Source: Candidatus Binataceae bacterium (GTDB taxonomy: Bacteria > Desulfobacterota > Binatia > Binatales > Binataceae). From it: DNA of 64,000 nucleotides. The notes beneath the pieces are model-generated. The model saw nothing but the letters and a program-made list of their open reading frames with translations, was not told the origin of the DNA and did not search any database. The DNA is taken from positions 149 through 64,148 of the forward strand of contig DATKML010000025.1 in the NCBI GenBank assembly GCA_035541875.1, written 5' to 3'. The position numbers and the translations under genes are program-made. Shown here piece by piece: positions 52,190 to 62,709 of the stretch (position 1 is its first letter; each line of letters begins with the position of its first letter).

Positions 52190-53503
52190 ATGGAAACGTC
52201 GGCTGGCGCTGAGCCAACGCCCCCAGCGGAAGGGACGAGGCGATCGTGGATCGCGAGCCAGTTTCCGCCCTTCACTTCGCGACAATGGCGCGTCTTCTGG
52301 ATCTCCACGACTGCCGGCTACTGGGACAGTTACGACGTTGCGCTACTGAGTCTCGCGCTGCGCCAGATTCAGCGCGGACTGGGCGTCGCCGAAGCGAGCC
52401 TTGGTGCAGTCCTATCGGTGATCCGGCTGGGCTATATTGGGGCGCTGCTGATTACACCGTTCGCCGATATTTTCGGGCGTCGGCGTCTCCTGCTCTATAC
52501 GATCGTCGGTTATACGCTCTTTACCGCCCTGAGTGCGACAGCACCGGAGATCCACAGTTTTGTGATCGCGCAAGTCCTCGCGCGCACGTTCTCCGGAGCC
52601 GAGGCAACGATCTCCCTTGTAATTCTCGCCGAGGAAGTTGACGCGGCGGTGCGCGGATGGGCGATCGGCCTGCAAGGGGCCCTCGCGATTACCGGTTACG
52701 GACTCGCTGCTATAGTTTTCGGTTTTATCACGATCGTTCCCTATGGCTGGCGCGGATTGTACACGCTCGCGCTCGTTCCCTTACTCTTGATTATTCCGCT
52801 GCGGCGGCTGTTGCCCGAGAGCCGGCGCTTCAAGGCCGAAGCGCTCAAAGGTTTTAGCCCTCATCGAGCGTTTGAGCCTCTGTTACTCGCTTTCCGTGCT
52901 TACCCGCGACGGGTCGCGACGATGTTCGCAGTCTGGTTCCTCTACGCGATGGGTGCCGCGCCCGCAATGATCTTCGTCCCAAAGTATCTGCAAGAGGTCC
53001 ATCACTGGGCACCCGCTCAAGTCTCATCCCTCTACGTGTTCGGCGGCGCCATTGGGATACTGGGCAATATTTTCTCCGGACGCATCAGTGATCGACTTGG
53101 GCGTCGTGTCATGGGCGGCGCTTTTCTGCTGGTGGGACCTTTTATCGAGATGATGATCTACGCGACCGGATCACGTGCGGTAATCGCGTTCTGGGTGGGA
53201 GCACTCTTCTGTGATCAAGCCGCAACGACCGTTTTGAATACATTCGGTAGCGAGCTCTTTCCGACGTCTCATCGTGCGGCTGCTGGCGGAATAGTGATGC
53301 TGGCGCGGTATGGCGGCGGGGCGGTGGGACTTTTGCTAGAGGGGGTACTCTATCATTTTACCGCCAGCCACTGGAGCGCCGTGTGTTACCTACTCATCGC
53401 TTGGGTGATAGCCGCGATAGCGATGCTGACAACCTTTCCCGAAACCGCTGGGCGCGAGCTGGAGGCTATCGCTCCGGAAGCGGAGGCGGTGGGTTTCGAG
53501 TAA
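52190..53503 (+). CDS. MFS transporter (aromatic acid/sugar porter-like)
   Basis: DSYD, ADIFGRR, PES, SDRLGRR, ELFPT, FPETAGREL. Confidence 0.9.
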   Translation: METSAGAEPTPPAEGTRRSWIASQFPPFTSRQWRVFWISTTAGYWDSYDVALLSLALRQIQRGLGVAEASLGAVLSVIRLGYIGALLITPFADIFGRRRLLLYTIVGYTLFTALSATAPEIHSFVIAQVLARTFSGAEATISLVILAEEVDAAVRGWAIGLQGALAITGYGLAAIVFGFITIVPYGWRGLYTLALVPLLLIIPLRRLLPESRRFKAEALKGFSPHRAFEPLLLAFRAYPRRVATMFAVWFLYAMGAAPAMIFVPKYLQEVHHWAPAQVSSLYVFGGAIGILGNIFSGRISDRLGRRVMGGAFLLVGPFIEMMIYATGSRAVIAFWVGALFCDQAATTVLNTFGSELFPTSHRAAAGGIVMLARYGGGAVGLLLEGVLYHFTASHWSAVCYLLIAWVIAAIAMLTTFPETAGRELEAIAPEAEAVGFE

Positions 53504-53515
53504 ACTTTTTCGTCG

Positions 53516-54004
53516 ATGAAGATTCTCAGTATCCGGTTCCGAGCGTTCCATCGGCTTGCGGCTCTCTTGTTGCTTGTCACCTTGAGCACGGCAATCACCG
53601 CCTGCGCCGATGAGCCACGCGTCGCCCTCACCGCCCCCGACGGCTCGTCGCGTGCAGTCGTGAAAGTCGAAGTCGCGAACACTCCATCCTCGCGGGAGCT
53701 GGGCCTAATGTATCGCAAGCATTTGGATGAAGATGCCGGCATGATCTTCGTTTTTCCGAAGGCGCAGCCGGAGAGCTTCTGGATGAAAAATACGATTCTG
53801 CCGCTCGACATGATCTTCGCCGACGAGCACGGCAAGGTCCTCGGTATTGTTAAGGACGCTGAGCCGTTCTCCGAGCGGTCGCTCAGTGTCGAAGGTGATT
53901 CGTTATATGTGCTCGAGGTGAACGGCGGTTTCAGCCAGCGCCATCATCTGAAGGCAGGTGATCAAATGAAGTTTCTTGGTTTCGTTCCGAGCGCACAGGA
54001 ATAA
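53516..54004 (+). CDS. DUF192 domain protein
   Basis: VEVA..RELGLMYR, FWMKNTILPLDMIF, YVLEVNGG. Confidence 0.9.
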   Translation: MKILSIRFRAFHRLAALLLLVTLSTAITACADEPRVALTAPDGSSRAVVKVEVANTPSSRELGLMYRKHLDEDAGMIFVFPKAQPESFWMKNTILPLDMIFADEHGKVLGIVKDAEPFSERSLSVEGDSLYVLEVNGGFSQRHHLKAGDQMKFLGFVPSAQE

Positions 54005-54367
54005 CTACGAAGCTGCTTTAGCAGCACCGCCGTTTGAGCGTAGCCCGAAGGTGCCCACAACTCCGGCGATATAGGCAGCGCAAAAGACGGTTACGGTAGC
54101 AATTACACCGATGTGCATCGACGAGGCGTGGGCCATCCGCAATCGCGCCATCTGGTTGAAGGCGTAATAGGCCAGCGCGAGGACTGCACAGATGCGGCTG
54201 GTGCGATAGGTCCCATACGCCAATCCGAGCATTATAGCGGCGTCGATCAGGTTAAAAATGTTCAGGCCGCCCAGATTGAAGAGCGAGCCTAAGATCGTCA
54301 GGACACCCAATATCGATCCGACAATCCATCCGCAGGTGATCAGTCGCCGCGCCATCGTTTCGTCCAT
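54005..54367 (-). CDS. Hypothetical small membrane protein (4 TM)
   Basis: Four hydrophobic segments; fills the gap; convergent with DUF192. Confidence 0.65.
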   Translation of the reverse strand: MDETMARRLITCGWIVGSILGVLTILGSLFNLGGLNIFNLIDAAIMLGLAYGTYRTSRICAVLALAYYAFNQMARLRMAHASSMHIGVIATVTVFCAAYIAGVVGTFGLRSNGGAAKAAS

Positions 54368-54568
54368 CTTTTGCCTTTCCTAAAAGCCGCTCGGCGGTGC
54401 TTTCCTATGCAGCCGCCTGATTGTATAGTCCTCGCCTGCATCATATTCTGACTGGTCCTAACGTAAAATGGCCGTGCCCAACGCACGGAACGGTAGGTGG
54501 CTGGGCCGGCTAGGCTCAGCCTAAATCAAGACACGGGTGAGTCTGCGAGCCGCGGCCTAAAGAAAAAG

Positions 54569-56119
54569 ATGGGTCTAAAGGAAAACCTCGAACGTATCCA
54601 ACAGCTTTCACGCCAGGCCGAACTGGGCGGTGGTGAAGATCGTCTCAAGCGACAGCGCGAAAACGGCCGGATGACGGCCCGCGAGCGTATCGCCTTCCTG
54701 CTCGATCGCGATTCTTTCGTCGAGCTGGACAAGTTCAAAACCCATCGCAACAGCGATTTCGGGATGGCCGACAAGAAGATGCCCGGCGACGGCGTCGTGA
54801 CCGGCTACGGCACGATCGACGGCCGACAAGTCTGCGTTTTCTCGCAGGATTTCACCGTCTTCGGCGGCAGTCTTTCCGGTGCCTTTGCTGAAAAGGTCAG
54901 CAAGGTGATGGATCTGGCGGCGAAAATCGGGTGCCCGGTAATCGGTCTCAACGACTCGGGCGGCGCTCGAATTCAGGAAGGCGTTGTCTCGCTAGCCGGT
55001 TACGCCGATATCTTCGTCCGCAACGTTCTGTCCTCGGGCGTGGTGCCACAGATCTCAGCGATCATGGGACCCTGCGCAGGTGGCGCGGTCTATTCGCCCT
55101 CGATGACCGACTTCATCATCATGGTCCGCGATACGTCCTACATGTTCATCACGGGCCCGGACGTTATCAAGGCGACCACGCACGAAGAGGTCACGATGCA
55201 GGACCTCGGCGGTGCGGATACTCATTCGATCAAATCGGGCGTATGCCATCTCGAAGCGGCCGACGATGCCGAAGCGCTCACGACGATTCGCGAGCTGCTT
55301 TCGTACATGCCCTCGAACAATGCCGAGGATCCGCCATTCCGAGCGCCTACCGATGATCCGAATCGGCGTGATGAGGCGCTCGATTCGATCGTGCCGGAAA
55401 ATCCGAACAAGCCCTACGACATGCGCGAGGTGATCACGCGGGTTGTCGACGACGGTCACTGGCTCGAAATCCAGAAGGATTGGGCGCAGAACATGCTGAT
55501 CGGGTTCGCGCGCCTGGGCGGCTATTCGGTCGGAATCGTCGCGAATCAGCCGGCTTATCTCGCCGGATGCCTCGATATCGACGCGTCGGTCAAGGGCGCT
55601 CGTTTCGTCCGCTTCTGCGATTGTTTCAATATCCCTCTGGTGACCTTCGTCGATGTGCCGGGATTCCTGCCCGGTACTGCGCAGGAGTTCGGCGGGATTA
55701 TCCGCCACGGCGCGAAGCTGCTGTATGCCTTTATCGAAGCGACGGTGCCGAAAGTCACGGTGATTACGCGCAAGGCCTACGGCGGCGCCTACGACGTTAT
55801 GTCGTCGAAGCACGTGCGTGCTGATTTCAACTTCGCATGGCCGACGGCCGAAATCGCGGTTATGGGCCCGGATGGCGCGGTTAATATCATCTTCCGCAAC
55901 GAGCTTCAAAAGGCCAAGGATCCCGTCGCGGAGAAGAATCGCCTCGTCGAAGAGTATCGGAAAACCTTTGCGAATCCGTTCAAGGCGGCCGAGCTTGGCT
56001 ATGTCGATGAGGTCCTGATGCCGCGTGATACACGGCCCAGGCTGATCACGTCGCTCAAGATGCTCGAAAACAAGCGCGAGAAAAATCCGCCCCGCAAGCA
56101 TGGCAATATTCCGCTGTAA
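54569..56119 (+). CDS. Acyl-CoA carboxylase carboxyltransferase (beta) subunit, PccB-like
   Basis: [50 protein letters not shown]. Confidence 0.95.
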   Translation: MGLKENLERIQQLSRQAELGGGEDRLKRQRENGRMTARERIAFLLDRDSFVELDKFKTHRNSDFGMADKKMPGDGVVTGYGTIDGRQVCVFSQDFTVFGGSLSGAFAEKVSKVMDLAAKIGCPVIGLNDSGGARIQEGVVSLAGYADIFVRNVLSSGVVPQISAIMGPCAGGAVYSPSMTDFIIMVRDTSYMFITGPDVIKATTHEEVTMQDLGGADTHSIKSGVCHLEAADDAEALTTIRELLSYMPSNNAEDPPFRAPTDDPNRRDEALDSIVPENPNKPYDMREVITRVVDDGHWLEIQKDWAQNMLIGFARLGGYSVGIVANQPAYLAGCLDIDASVKGARFVRFCDCFNIPLVTFVDVPGFLPGTAQEFGGIIRHGAKLLYAFIEATVPKVTVITRKAYGGAYDVMSSKHVRADFNFAWPTAEIAVMGPDGAVNIIFRNELQKAKDPVAEKNRLVEEYRKTFANPFKAAELGYVDEVLMPRDTRPRLITSLKMLENKREKNPPRKHGNIPL

Positions 56120-56180
56120 AAGCTTCGCACGGAGAAATCGCAGAATTTGGTGTTGCAACTTTTCGTCGAGTTAATCTCCT

Positions 56181-56247
56181 TTGTCATTCTGAGCGTAGCG
56201 AAGAATCCCGGGATTCTTCGTCGCCGCAGGGCTCCTCAGAATGACAA
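56181..56247. repeat. REPIN-like inverted doublet of TGTC-tagged units
   Basis: TTGTCATTCTGAG...GAAGAATCC-CG-GGATTCTTC...CTCAGAATGACAA folds into a long hairpin. Confidence 0.85.
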
Positions 56248-56276
56248 GCGGTGCGTGGGTGCCGAGCTAAGAGTCA

Positions 56277-57788
56277 ATGTTCAAACGTATTCTGATTGCT
56301 AATCGTGGTGAGATTGCGGTGCGCGTGATGCGCGCGTGCCGCGATCTTGGAATTGCAACCGTCGCTGTTTATTCGGACGCGGATCGCACGGCGATGCATG
56401 TGCGCGAGGCCGACTACGCGGTTGGCGTCGGTCCGGCTCCGGCCGCCCAGAGTTATCTCAAGACCGAGAACATCCTCGATGCGGCGAAGCGCACGGGCGC
56501 CGAAGCGATTCATCCAGGCTACGGCTTCTTCTCCGAAAACGCCAGATTTGCCCGCGCGGTCGAAGCCGCCGGAATTACCTTTATCGGACCCCCTCCAACT
56601 GCGATCGAGGCGATGGGGGATAAGGTCGAAGCGCGCAAGGCGATGATTGCCGCCGGTGTGCCGGTCGTTCCCGGCTCGCCTGATATTCTTGAAGGCGAGG
56701 AAGCGGTGCGCGCGGTCGTGGCGCAAATCGGCTATCCGATCATGCTCAAGGCTGCCGGCGGTGGCGGTGGTAAGGGCATGCGCAAGATCGATAAGGACGA
56801 GGAACTATCGTCTGCCGTGCGCTCTGTCGCCAGCGAAGCGAAATCCTCCTTCGGCGACAGCCGCTTCTACGTCGAGAAGTTCGTTAATAGGCCGCGCCAT
56901 ATCGAGATTCAGGTTTTTGCCGATAAGGCAGGCAACACAGTTCATCTGTTCGAGCGCGAGTGCTCGATTCAGCGCCGCAACCAAAAGGTTGTCGAGGAAT
57001 CGCCCTCGCCGTTTATCACGCCTGAGATGCGTGCCGCGATGGGCGAGGTGGCCGTCCGAGCCGCTCGCGCGGTTAACTACGTTGGTGCCGGAACGATCGA
57101 GTTCCTCGCCGACGCCGATCGCAACTTCTACTTCCTTGAAATGAACACCCGTATTCAGGTGGAGCATCCGGTGACCGAGATGGTGACTGGAATCGACTTG
57201 GTGAAGTTGCAGATCGAGGTCGCCGCCGGAGCGAAGCTCCCCTTCACGCAGGCCGATCTGCGGCAAAACGGATGGGCCGTCGAGTGCCGCGTATATGCTG
57301 AGGATCCTGCGAACGGCTTCGTGCCAGCGCCCGGTAAGATCCACGCGCTGAGCTTCCCCGATGGTCCAGGTGTGCGCGTCGATGCGGGCGTCTATGCCGG
57401 TGCCGAGGTCTCAGTCTTTTACGATCCGATGATCGCCAAGCTCGCAACGTGGGGACGGGATCGCAACGAAGCGATTGCGCGGATGCGTCGTGCGCTGAGC
57501 GAGTTCACGATCGCCGGCGAGCTCTCGACGAATCTGGAGTTCCATCGCTGGATTACCAACCATCCGCGCTTCCTCGCCGGTGACTTCGACACCAACTTTA
57601 TCGCGCAGGAGTATCGACCGGCGGAGCTTAACGGCGGCGTCGATAAAGCGCGTATCGCGGCAATCATGGCGGCGGCCTTTTCGGCCCAGCGCGGCGGTAA
57701 TCAAACCTTGAAGGCCGAGGCGGACGGCAAACGCTCGAACGTGTCGTCGTGGAAGCTTGTCAGCCGCAGCAATCTCTTGGGACGTTAA
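56277..57788 (+). CDS. accC: Biotin carboxylase subunit
   Basis: ILIANRGEIA, IHPGYGF, AAGGGGKGM, RECSIQRRNQK, EMNTRIQVEHPVTE. Confidence 0.95.
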   Translation: MFKRILIANRGEIAVRVMRACRDLGIATVAVYSDADRTAMHVREADYAVGVGPAPAAQSYLKTENILDAAKRTGAEAIHPGYGFFSENARFARAVEAAGITFIGPPPTAIEAMGDKVEARKAMIAAGVPVVPGSPDILEGEEAVRAVVAQIGYPIMLKAAGGGGGKGMRKIDKDEELSSAVRSVASEAKSSFGDSRFYVEKFVNRPRHIEIQVFADKAGNTVHLFERECSIQRRNQKVVEESPSPFITPEMRAAMGEVAVRAARAVNYVGAGTIEFLADADRNFYFLEMNTRIQVEHPVTEMVTGIDLVKLQIEVAAGAKLPFTQADLRQNGWAVECRVYAEDPANGFVPAPGKIHALSFPDGPGVRVDAGVYAGAEVSVFYDPMIAKLATWGRDRNEAIARMRRALSEFTIAGELSTNLEFHRWITNHPRFLAGDFDTNFIAQEYRPAELNGGVDKARIAAIMAAAFSAQRGGNQTLKAEADGKRSNVSSWKLVSRSNLLGR

Positions 57789-57803
57789 TTCGAAAATCTA
57801 CTC

Positions 57804-58301
57804 ATGCGATACGTTGCTACAATCGATGGTGCCGAGCACGAATTCGACCTCGAAGAACTGACGGGTCACTCGCTCAGAATCAAGCTGGGTGATGAACAAT
57901 TCGATGTGGATGTGCGGCATACCGGCCATACCTCCTACTCAATTCTCGTGGGCGACCGCGCGTTCGATTTCGAGATCGCCCGCCATACCGACGAGTTAGT
58001 GGTTGCGACGCGTGGAACGGCGGCGCGCGTTATGCTCCAGGACGCGGCGAAGCGCGTTCGGCATGCCGAACGGGGCCATGGCGGGGGCAAAGCTGAACTC
58101 AAGGCGATGATGCCCGGACGCGTCGTGAACGTGCTGGTTAACGTCGGCGATAATGTAACGGCGCAGCAGGGTGTCGTAGTTGTCGAGGCGATGAAGATGG
58201 AAAACGAATTGAAGTCGCCCAAGGAAGGCACGGTCACTACAATCAAGGTGAAGCCGGGTCAAACCGTCGAAAAAGGCGAACTGCTCATCATAATCGAATA
58301 A
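57804..58301 (+). CDS. Biotin carboxyl carrier protein
   Basis: AMMPGRVV, VEAMKMENEL. Confidence 0.93.
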   Translation: MRYVATIDGAEHEFDLEELTGHSLRIKLGDEQFDVDVRHTGHTSYSILVGDRAFDFEIARHTDELVVATRGTAARVMLQDAAKRVRHAERGHGGGKAELKAMMPGRVVNVLVNVGDNVTAQQGVVVVEAMKMENELKSPKEGTVTTIKVKPGQTVEKGELLIIIE

Positions 58302-58316
58302 CGGAGGCATCGTCTC

Positions 58317-59990
58317 ATGCCTGACAGTACCGAGAAAATCGCGAACGCACGCAAGGAATGGGAACAGAAGCGGATCGCGCCTGGGCTCAAGCGCGGCCCC
58401 GAGCGTCGCGAGAGATTTGCCACGAGTTCAGGAATTGACATTCAGCGCGAATACAATCCCGACGATTTGAACGGTTTCGATTTCCTCTCGGAAATCGGCT
58501 TTCCCGGCGACTATCCCTTCACGCGCGGCGTGCAGCCCACGATGTATCGCGGGCGCCTCTGGACGATGCGCCAGTATGCGGGATTCGGCGACGCGGAAGA
58601 ATCAAATCGTCGTTACCGCTATCTTTTCGCGAATGGCCAGACGGGACTCTCGGTCGCCTTCGATCTGCCGACTCAGATGGGTCGCGACTCGGACCATCCG
58701 CTAGCCAAGGGCGAAGTCGGCCGCGTCGGTGTCGCGATCGGATCGCTCGCCGATATGGAGACCCTGCTGGCTGAGCTGCCGCTCGACAAGATCTCCACCT
58801 CGATGACGATCAACTCGACCGCGGCTATCCTGCTGGCGCTTTATATCGTGACCGCCGAGCGGCGTGGCGTCTCATGGGACAAGCTTAACGGCACGATCCA
58901 GAACGATCTGCTCAAGGAATATATCGCGCGCGGCACCTACATCTATCCGCCCCGCGACTCGATGCGCATCATCACGGATATTTTCGAGTTCGCAAGCCGC
59001 GAGGTGCCGAACTGGAATACGATTTCGATTTCCGGTTACCACATCCGCGAAGCCGGCTCGACCGCGGCGCAGGAACTCGCCTTCACGATCGCCGACGGTA
59101 TCGCCTATGTCGAGGCAGCGGTGAAGGCGGGCCTCAAAGTCGATGACTTCGCGAGCCGCCTGTCGTTCTTCTTCAACGTTCATAACAACTTCTTCGAAGA
59201 GATCGCGAAGTTCCGCGTGGCGCGCCGCCTCTGGGCGCGGATCATGAAGGAGCGCTTTGGATCCAAAGACGAGCGCTCGATGATGATGCGCTTTCACGCG
59301 CAGACGGCCGGCTCGACGCTCACGGCGCAGCAGGTCGATAACAACGTTGTGCGTGTGACGCTGCAGGCGCTGGCCGCGGTGCTCGGTGGAGCGCAATCGC
59401 TGCATACGAACTCCCGCGACGAAGCATTGGCTCTGCCCAGCGAAAGCTCGGCGTTGCTCGCGCTGCGCACGCAGCAGGTGATCGCATACGAATCCGACGT
59501 TACCGATACGGTCGATCCGCTCGGCGGCTCGTATTACATCGAGACGCTCACGCGCGAACTGGAGAAGCGCACGCTGGAGTATCTGAGCAAGATCGATGAT
59601 TTTGGTGGCGCCGTCGCCGCGATCGAGCGCGGCTATCCGCAACGCGAAATCCAGAACTCAGCCTTCATCTATCAGCGCGAAATCGAGCAGAAGCAGCGGA
59701 TTATCGTTGGGGTCAACGACTTCAAGACGGCCAACGAGGTTCCGCCCGATATCTTGAAAGTGAATCCTGCGATCGAGGAGAAGCAACGCGCGCGTCTGGC
59801 CAAGGTCCGCAGCGAGCGCGATCAGACTGCGGCGACCGCGGCGCTCATCCAAGTTGAGCGGGTCGCGCGTGATGGCGGCAATCTGATGCCTCCGATTATC
59901 GACGCGGTGCGGAAGTGGGCAACTCTCGGTGAAATCGCGGACGCGATGCGCGCGGTCTTTGGCGAGTACCATCCGACGGTCGAAGTTTGA
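58317..59990 (+). CDS. Methylmalonyl-CoA mutase, substrate-binding (large) subunit without B12 domain
   Basis: [45 protein letters not shown]; 557 aa, no DxHxxG. Confidence 0.93.
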   Translation: MPDSTEKIANARKEWEQKRIAPGLKRGPERRERFATSSGIDIQREYNPDDLNGFDFLSEIGFPGDYPFTRGVQPTMYRGRLWTMRQYAGFGDAEESNRRYRYLFANGQTGLSVAFDLPTQMGRDSDHPLAKGEVGRVGVAIGSLADMETLLAELPLDKISTSMTINSTAAILLALYIVTAERRGVSWDKLNGTIQNDLLKEYIARGTYIYPPRDSMRIITDIFEFASREVPNWNTISISGYHIREAGSTAAQELAFTIADGIAYVEAAVKAGLKVDDFASRLSFFFNVHNNFFEEIAKFRVARRLWARIMKERFGSKDERSMMMRFHAQTAGSTLTAQQVDNNVVRVTLQALAAVLGGAQSLHTNSRDEALALPSESSALLALRTQQVIAYESDVTDTVDPLGGSYYIETLTRELEKRTLEYLSKIDDFGGAVAAIERGYPQREIQNSAFIYQREIEQKQRIIVGVNDFKTANEVPPDILKVNPAIEEKQRARLAKVRSERDQTAATAALIQVERVARDGGNLMPPIIDAVRKWATLGEIADAMRAVFGEYHPTVEV

Positions 59991-60125
59991 GGTAGGTAGG
60001 GCGTCCCGACCTCAAGTTAAGATTGAAAGAAAAGTTCGTCCGGATCGGTCCGGGTGCTTTATTTGCCCGCACAGGTCTGAAAAAGTAATCGCTCTTATTT
60101 AGGCAGAGTAGGAGATCGCAGATCG

Positions 60126-60686
60126 ATGGGTCCATTTCCGAAAGGGGTTTTTCTCACCAAGGGTGTCGGACGGCATCGCGAGAAACTCAACGCGTTCGAA
60201 CTCTCACTGCGCTCAGCAGGGATCGCCGAATACAACCTCGTGCGCGTGAAATCGATTTTCCCACCGAACTGCAAGCTGATCTCCCAGCAGGAGGGTCAGC
60301 GCTACCTGACTCCCGGGCAGATCGTCTTTGCCGTGATGAGCGATAATGCGACTGACGAGCCGCATCGGCTGATTGCGTCATCGGTCGGAGTCGCGATTCC
60401 GTCGAACTCGGCTCACTACGGCTACCTGTCGGAGCATCACAGCTACGGCGAGACCGAGCAGAAGGCCGGTGACTACGCGGAAGACCTCGCTGCGATGATG
60501 CTCGCGACGATCCTCGGTGTCGATTTCGACCCGAACTCCAGCTATGACGAACGCAAGGACATCTGGCGCGTCTCCGACAAAATTGTCACCACGCGCAACG
60601 TGACGCAGACGGCTATCGGCGATCGCGACGGGCTCTGGACCTCGGTCGTCGCTGCTGCTGTGTTCGTCGATTTGCCGGCCAAGTAG
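60126..60686 (+). CDS. pdaD: Pyruvoyl-dependent arginine decarboxylase homolog
   Basis: VFLTKGVGRH, AFELSLRSAGIAEYNLVRVKSIFPP, GYLSEHHS, AAMMLATILG. Confidence 0.85.
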   Translation: MGPFPKGVFLTKGVGRHREKLNAFELSLRSAGIAEYNLVRVKSIFPPNCKLISQQEGQRYLTPGQIVFAVMSDNATDEPHRLIASSVGVAIPSNSAHYGYLSEHHSYGETEQKAGDYAEDLAAMMLATILGVDFDPNSSYDERKDIWRVSDKIVTTRNVTQTAIGDRDGLWTSVVAAAVFVDLPAK

Positions 60687-60734
60687 TCGCGATCGCCGCT
60701 GGACGCGATCCAGCCTCAGCGCTACGCTTTAGCT

Positions 60735-60965
60735 ATGGCGATCCAGATTCTCTATTGCATGCCGTGAGGCTATCGCGCCCGCGCGGCCAGTTTGGCCGAT
60801 TCGCTCAAAGCCCGCTTTAGTGCCGACGTTGCGATTAAGCCCGGGCGCACCGGTCAATTCGATGTGCTTATCGACAACGAACTGATCTTCTCCAAGGCTA
60901 CCGTTGGACGCTTTCCCGTCGATGGCGAGGTCGAAGAGATCATTGCCAAGGCGCACCTGACCTGA
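60735..60965 (+). CDS. SelW/SelT/SelH (Rdx) family selenoprotein, CxxU, 76 aa (absent from the ORF track)
   Basis: MAIQILYCMP-U(TGA 60765-60767)-GYRARAASLA...GRTGQFDVLIDNELIFSK...GRFP..EVEE. Confidence 0.9.
60784..60798 (+). promoter_or_regulatory. Candidate bacterial SECIS hairpin
   Basis: CGGCCA-GTT-TGGCCG, loop starts with G, 22 nt after the UGA. Confidence 0.6.
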
Positions 60966-61144
60966 CTCTTTCGCCGCTAAGGGTCCTTCTTGCCTCGATT
61001 TTTAACCCTCCAGCCGCCCGATTCCGCTAGATCAATCAATACCCGTGGATGATGAGCGAATTAATTTGCGCTCCTCCGACGAATTTTGTATTAAACCGCA
61101 ACTCAGCGACTGATTTGATGGTTCAGGCCTCGGCCTCTTCAATG

Positions 61145-61158
61145 TGAATGATCATTCA
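61145..61158. promoter_or_regulatory. Perfect 14-bp palindrome, candidate operator
   Basis: TGAATGATCATTCA in an AT-rich intergenic region about 55 nt upstream of the hydrolase. Confidence 0.45.
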
Positions 61159-61212
61159 GCCAAAGATGTGTTAAGTTCTAGTTAAGACGAGCGGGGCGTG
61201 AAGGATACAGGA

Positions 61213-61959
61213 ATGAGCAACAACCTCAGCTTCCTCAACCTGATCCAGGAATTCAAAGCGATTGGCGAGTTCGCGACTTTCGCCAATACTGCGTGGACGT
61301 GGCGATTGGCGCCCCGCACACAGCGACCACAGGCGATACTCCTGATCCCTGGGTTCATGGCCGGCGACGTGACGCTCTATCCGTTTGCCAACTGGCTGCG
61401 CTCCAAGGGTCATCAGGTCTTTTTCTCCGGTATCCTCGCAAACACTGATTGCCCGCGACGGGCCGTGAATCGACTGGAGAACATCCTTCAGGCGCAATTC
61501 GATCGCCACGGCGAGAAGATCGTCGTAATCGGGCACAGTCTGGGTGGTATCTATGCCCGCGAACTCGCGCGCCGGATGCCCCAATGTGTCGAGCAGACCA
61601 TCCTGATGGGTTCACCGGTCCAAGGACCGGGTCAGCACTCCCATCCCTTCGTGAAGATGCTCGCTACGCTAACGATGAAGGTGCATGAGAAGACCAAAGG
61701 ATGTACCTGTCAGATGGAGAACATCTGCGGAGTCCATTCCGATACACTGCCGCCTGACGTTCCCGAATCGCTGATCTTTTCCAAGTCGGACGGTATCGTG
61801 AACTGGATGAGCTGTGTGGAGTCAGGGCCGAACGTTCAGGCGTTCGAAGTGGATTCGACCCACATGGGTTTGCCCTACAACCTCGATACGTTGCGTGTTG
61901 TGCATCGTCTGCTGGAGTCGCGGACAGAAGAGGACGAGGTTGCGAAGCGTCCTCACTAG
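61213..61959 (+). CDS. Alpha/beta-hydrolase (esterase/lipase-like)
   Basis: LLIPGF, GHSLGG, SKSDGIV, STHMGL triad. Confidence 0.85.
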   Translation: MSNNLSFLNLIQEFKAIGEFATFANTAWTWRLAPRTQRPQAILLIPGFMAGDVTLYPFANWLRSKGHQVFFSGILANTDCPRRAVNRLENILQAQFDRHGEKIVVIGHSLGGIYARELARRMPQCVEQTILMGSPVQGPGQHSHPFVKMLATLTMKVHEKTKGCTCQMENICGVHSDTLPPDVPESLIFSKSDGIVNWMSCVESGPNVQAFEVDSTHMGLPYNLDTLRVVHRLLESRTEEDEVAKRPH

Positions 61960-61969
61960 GTCGCGATTC

Positions 61970-62602
61970 TCACATGCGCGGCGCTACTGATACGTAGCGG
62001 TTGCCACGTTCGTAAAAGCGCCATGGGCGCAATGCCCACTCGCCGGCGTACGCTACGTTGATCCTCGGTGAACGACCGACGCCGGCTCGCCGCTCACCTA
62101 CCTCGAGAAAGAGCTCTTTGCCGCACAGATCGATTCCGTAATGCTGCCCGGTGATCGCGAGCGCTTGCGTGAGCTTGCCGGGTCCACTCGTCAGCTCGCG
62201 CGATGTTGCCAGCTTCTTGCGCCGCCGCGCCATCAGCTCGATTCCTCGTATCGGCTCGATCGCGCGAATCAGCACGGCATGCGGTTCGCCTTCCGCGCCG
62301 GCAACAAGATTAATCGCCCAGTGCATCCCGTAGAGCAGATAGATGTACGCATACCCAGGTGGCCCGAACATCGCGGCGGTGCGTTTGGTCAGTCCGCGCG
62401 AGCTGTGCGCCGCAAGGTCCAGTGGCCCGCGATAAGCCTCTGCCTCGACGATTCGTCCCGCTGCCTCACCGTCGGGACTGCGATGGACCAGAATCATCCC
62501 GATACAGTCCCGCGCGACCTCGAGTACCGGTCGCACATAAAACTCGCGGGGCAGAGTCTTCACGCGGCTTTTATCCGATAAGAGATTAATCGCGGTTTCC
62601 AC
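61970..62602 (-). CDS. mpg: 3-methyladenine DNA glycosylase (AAG/MPG family)
   Basis: GRIVEAEAY, AYIYLLYGMH, AVLIRAIEP, SGPGKLTQAL, PWRFY. Confidence 0.95.
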   Translation of the reverse strand: METAINLLSDKSRVKTLPREFYVRPVLEVARDCIGMILVHRSPDGEAAGRIVEAEAYRGPLDLAAHSSRGLTKRTAAMFGPPGYAYIYLLYGMHWAINLVAGAEGEPHAVLIRAIEPIRGIELMARRRKKLATSRELTSGPGKLTQALAITGQHYGIDLCGKELFLEVGERRAGVGRSPRINVAYAGEWALRPWRFYERGNRYVSVAPRM

Positions 62603-62648
62603 GATGGCTCAGCGAGGTGCACAGTTTACGCGAATCCTGCGATGCAAG

Positions 62649-62685
62649 AAAAAGCGGCCCCGCCTCTATCGGAAGCGGGGCCGCT
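62649..62685 (-). terminator. Intrinsic terminator after the fragmented secreted-protein gene
   Basis: Stem AGCGGCCCCGC/GCGGGGCCGCT with A5 on +. Confidence 0.75.
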
Positions 62686-62709
62686 CGTTGCTTCAGGCCG
62701 GGGTCAGGC

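Noticed and set aside
60729-60956. 75-aa minus-strand ORF in the track
   Set aside because: Antisense shadow of the + strand selenoprotein; no recognisable motifs
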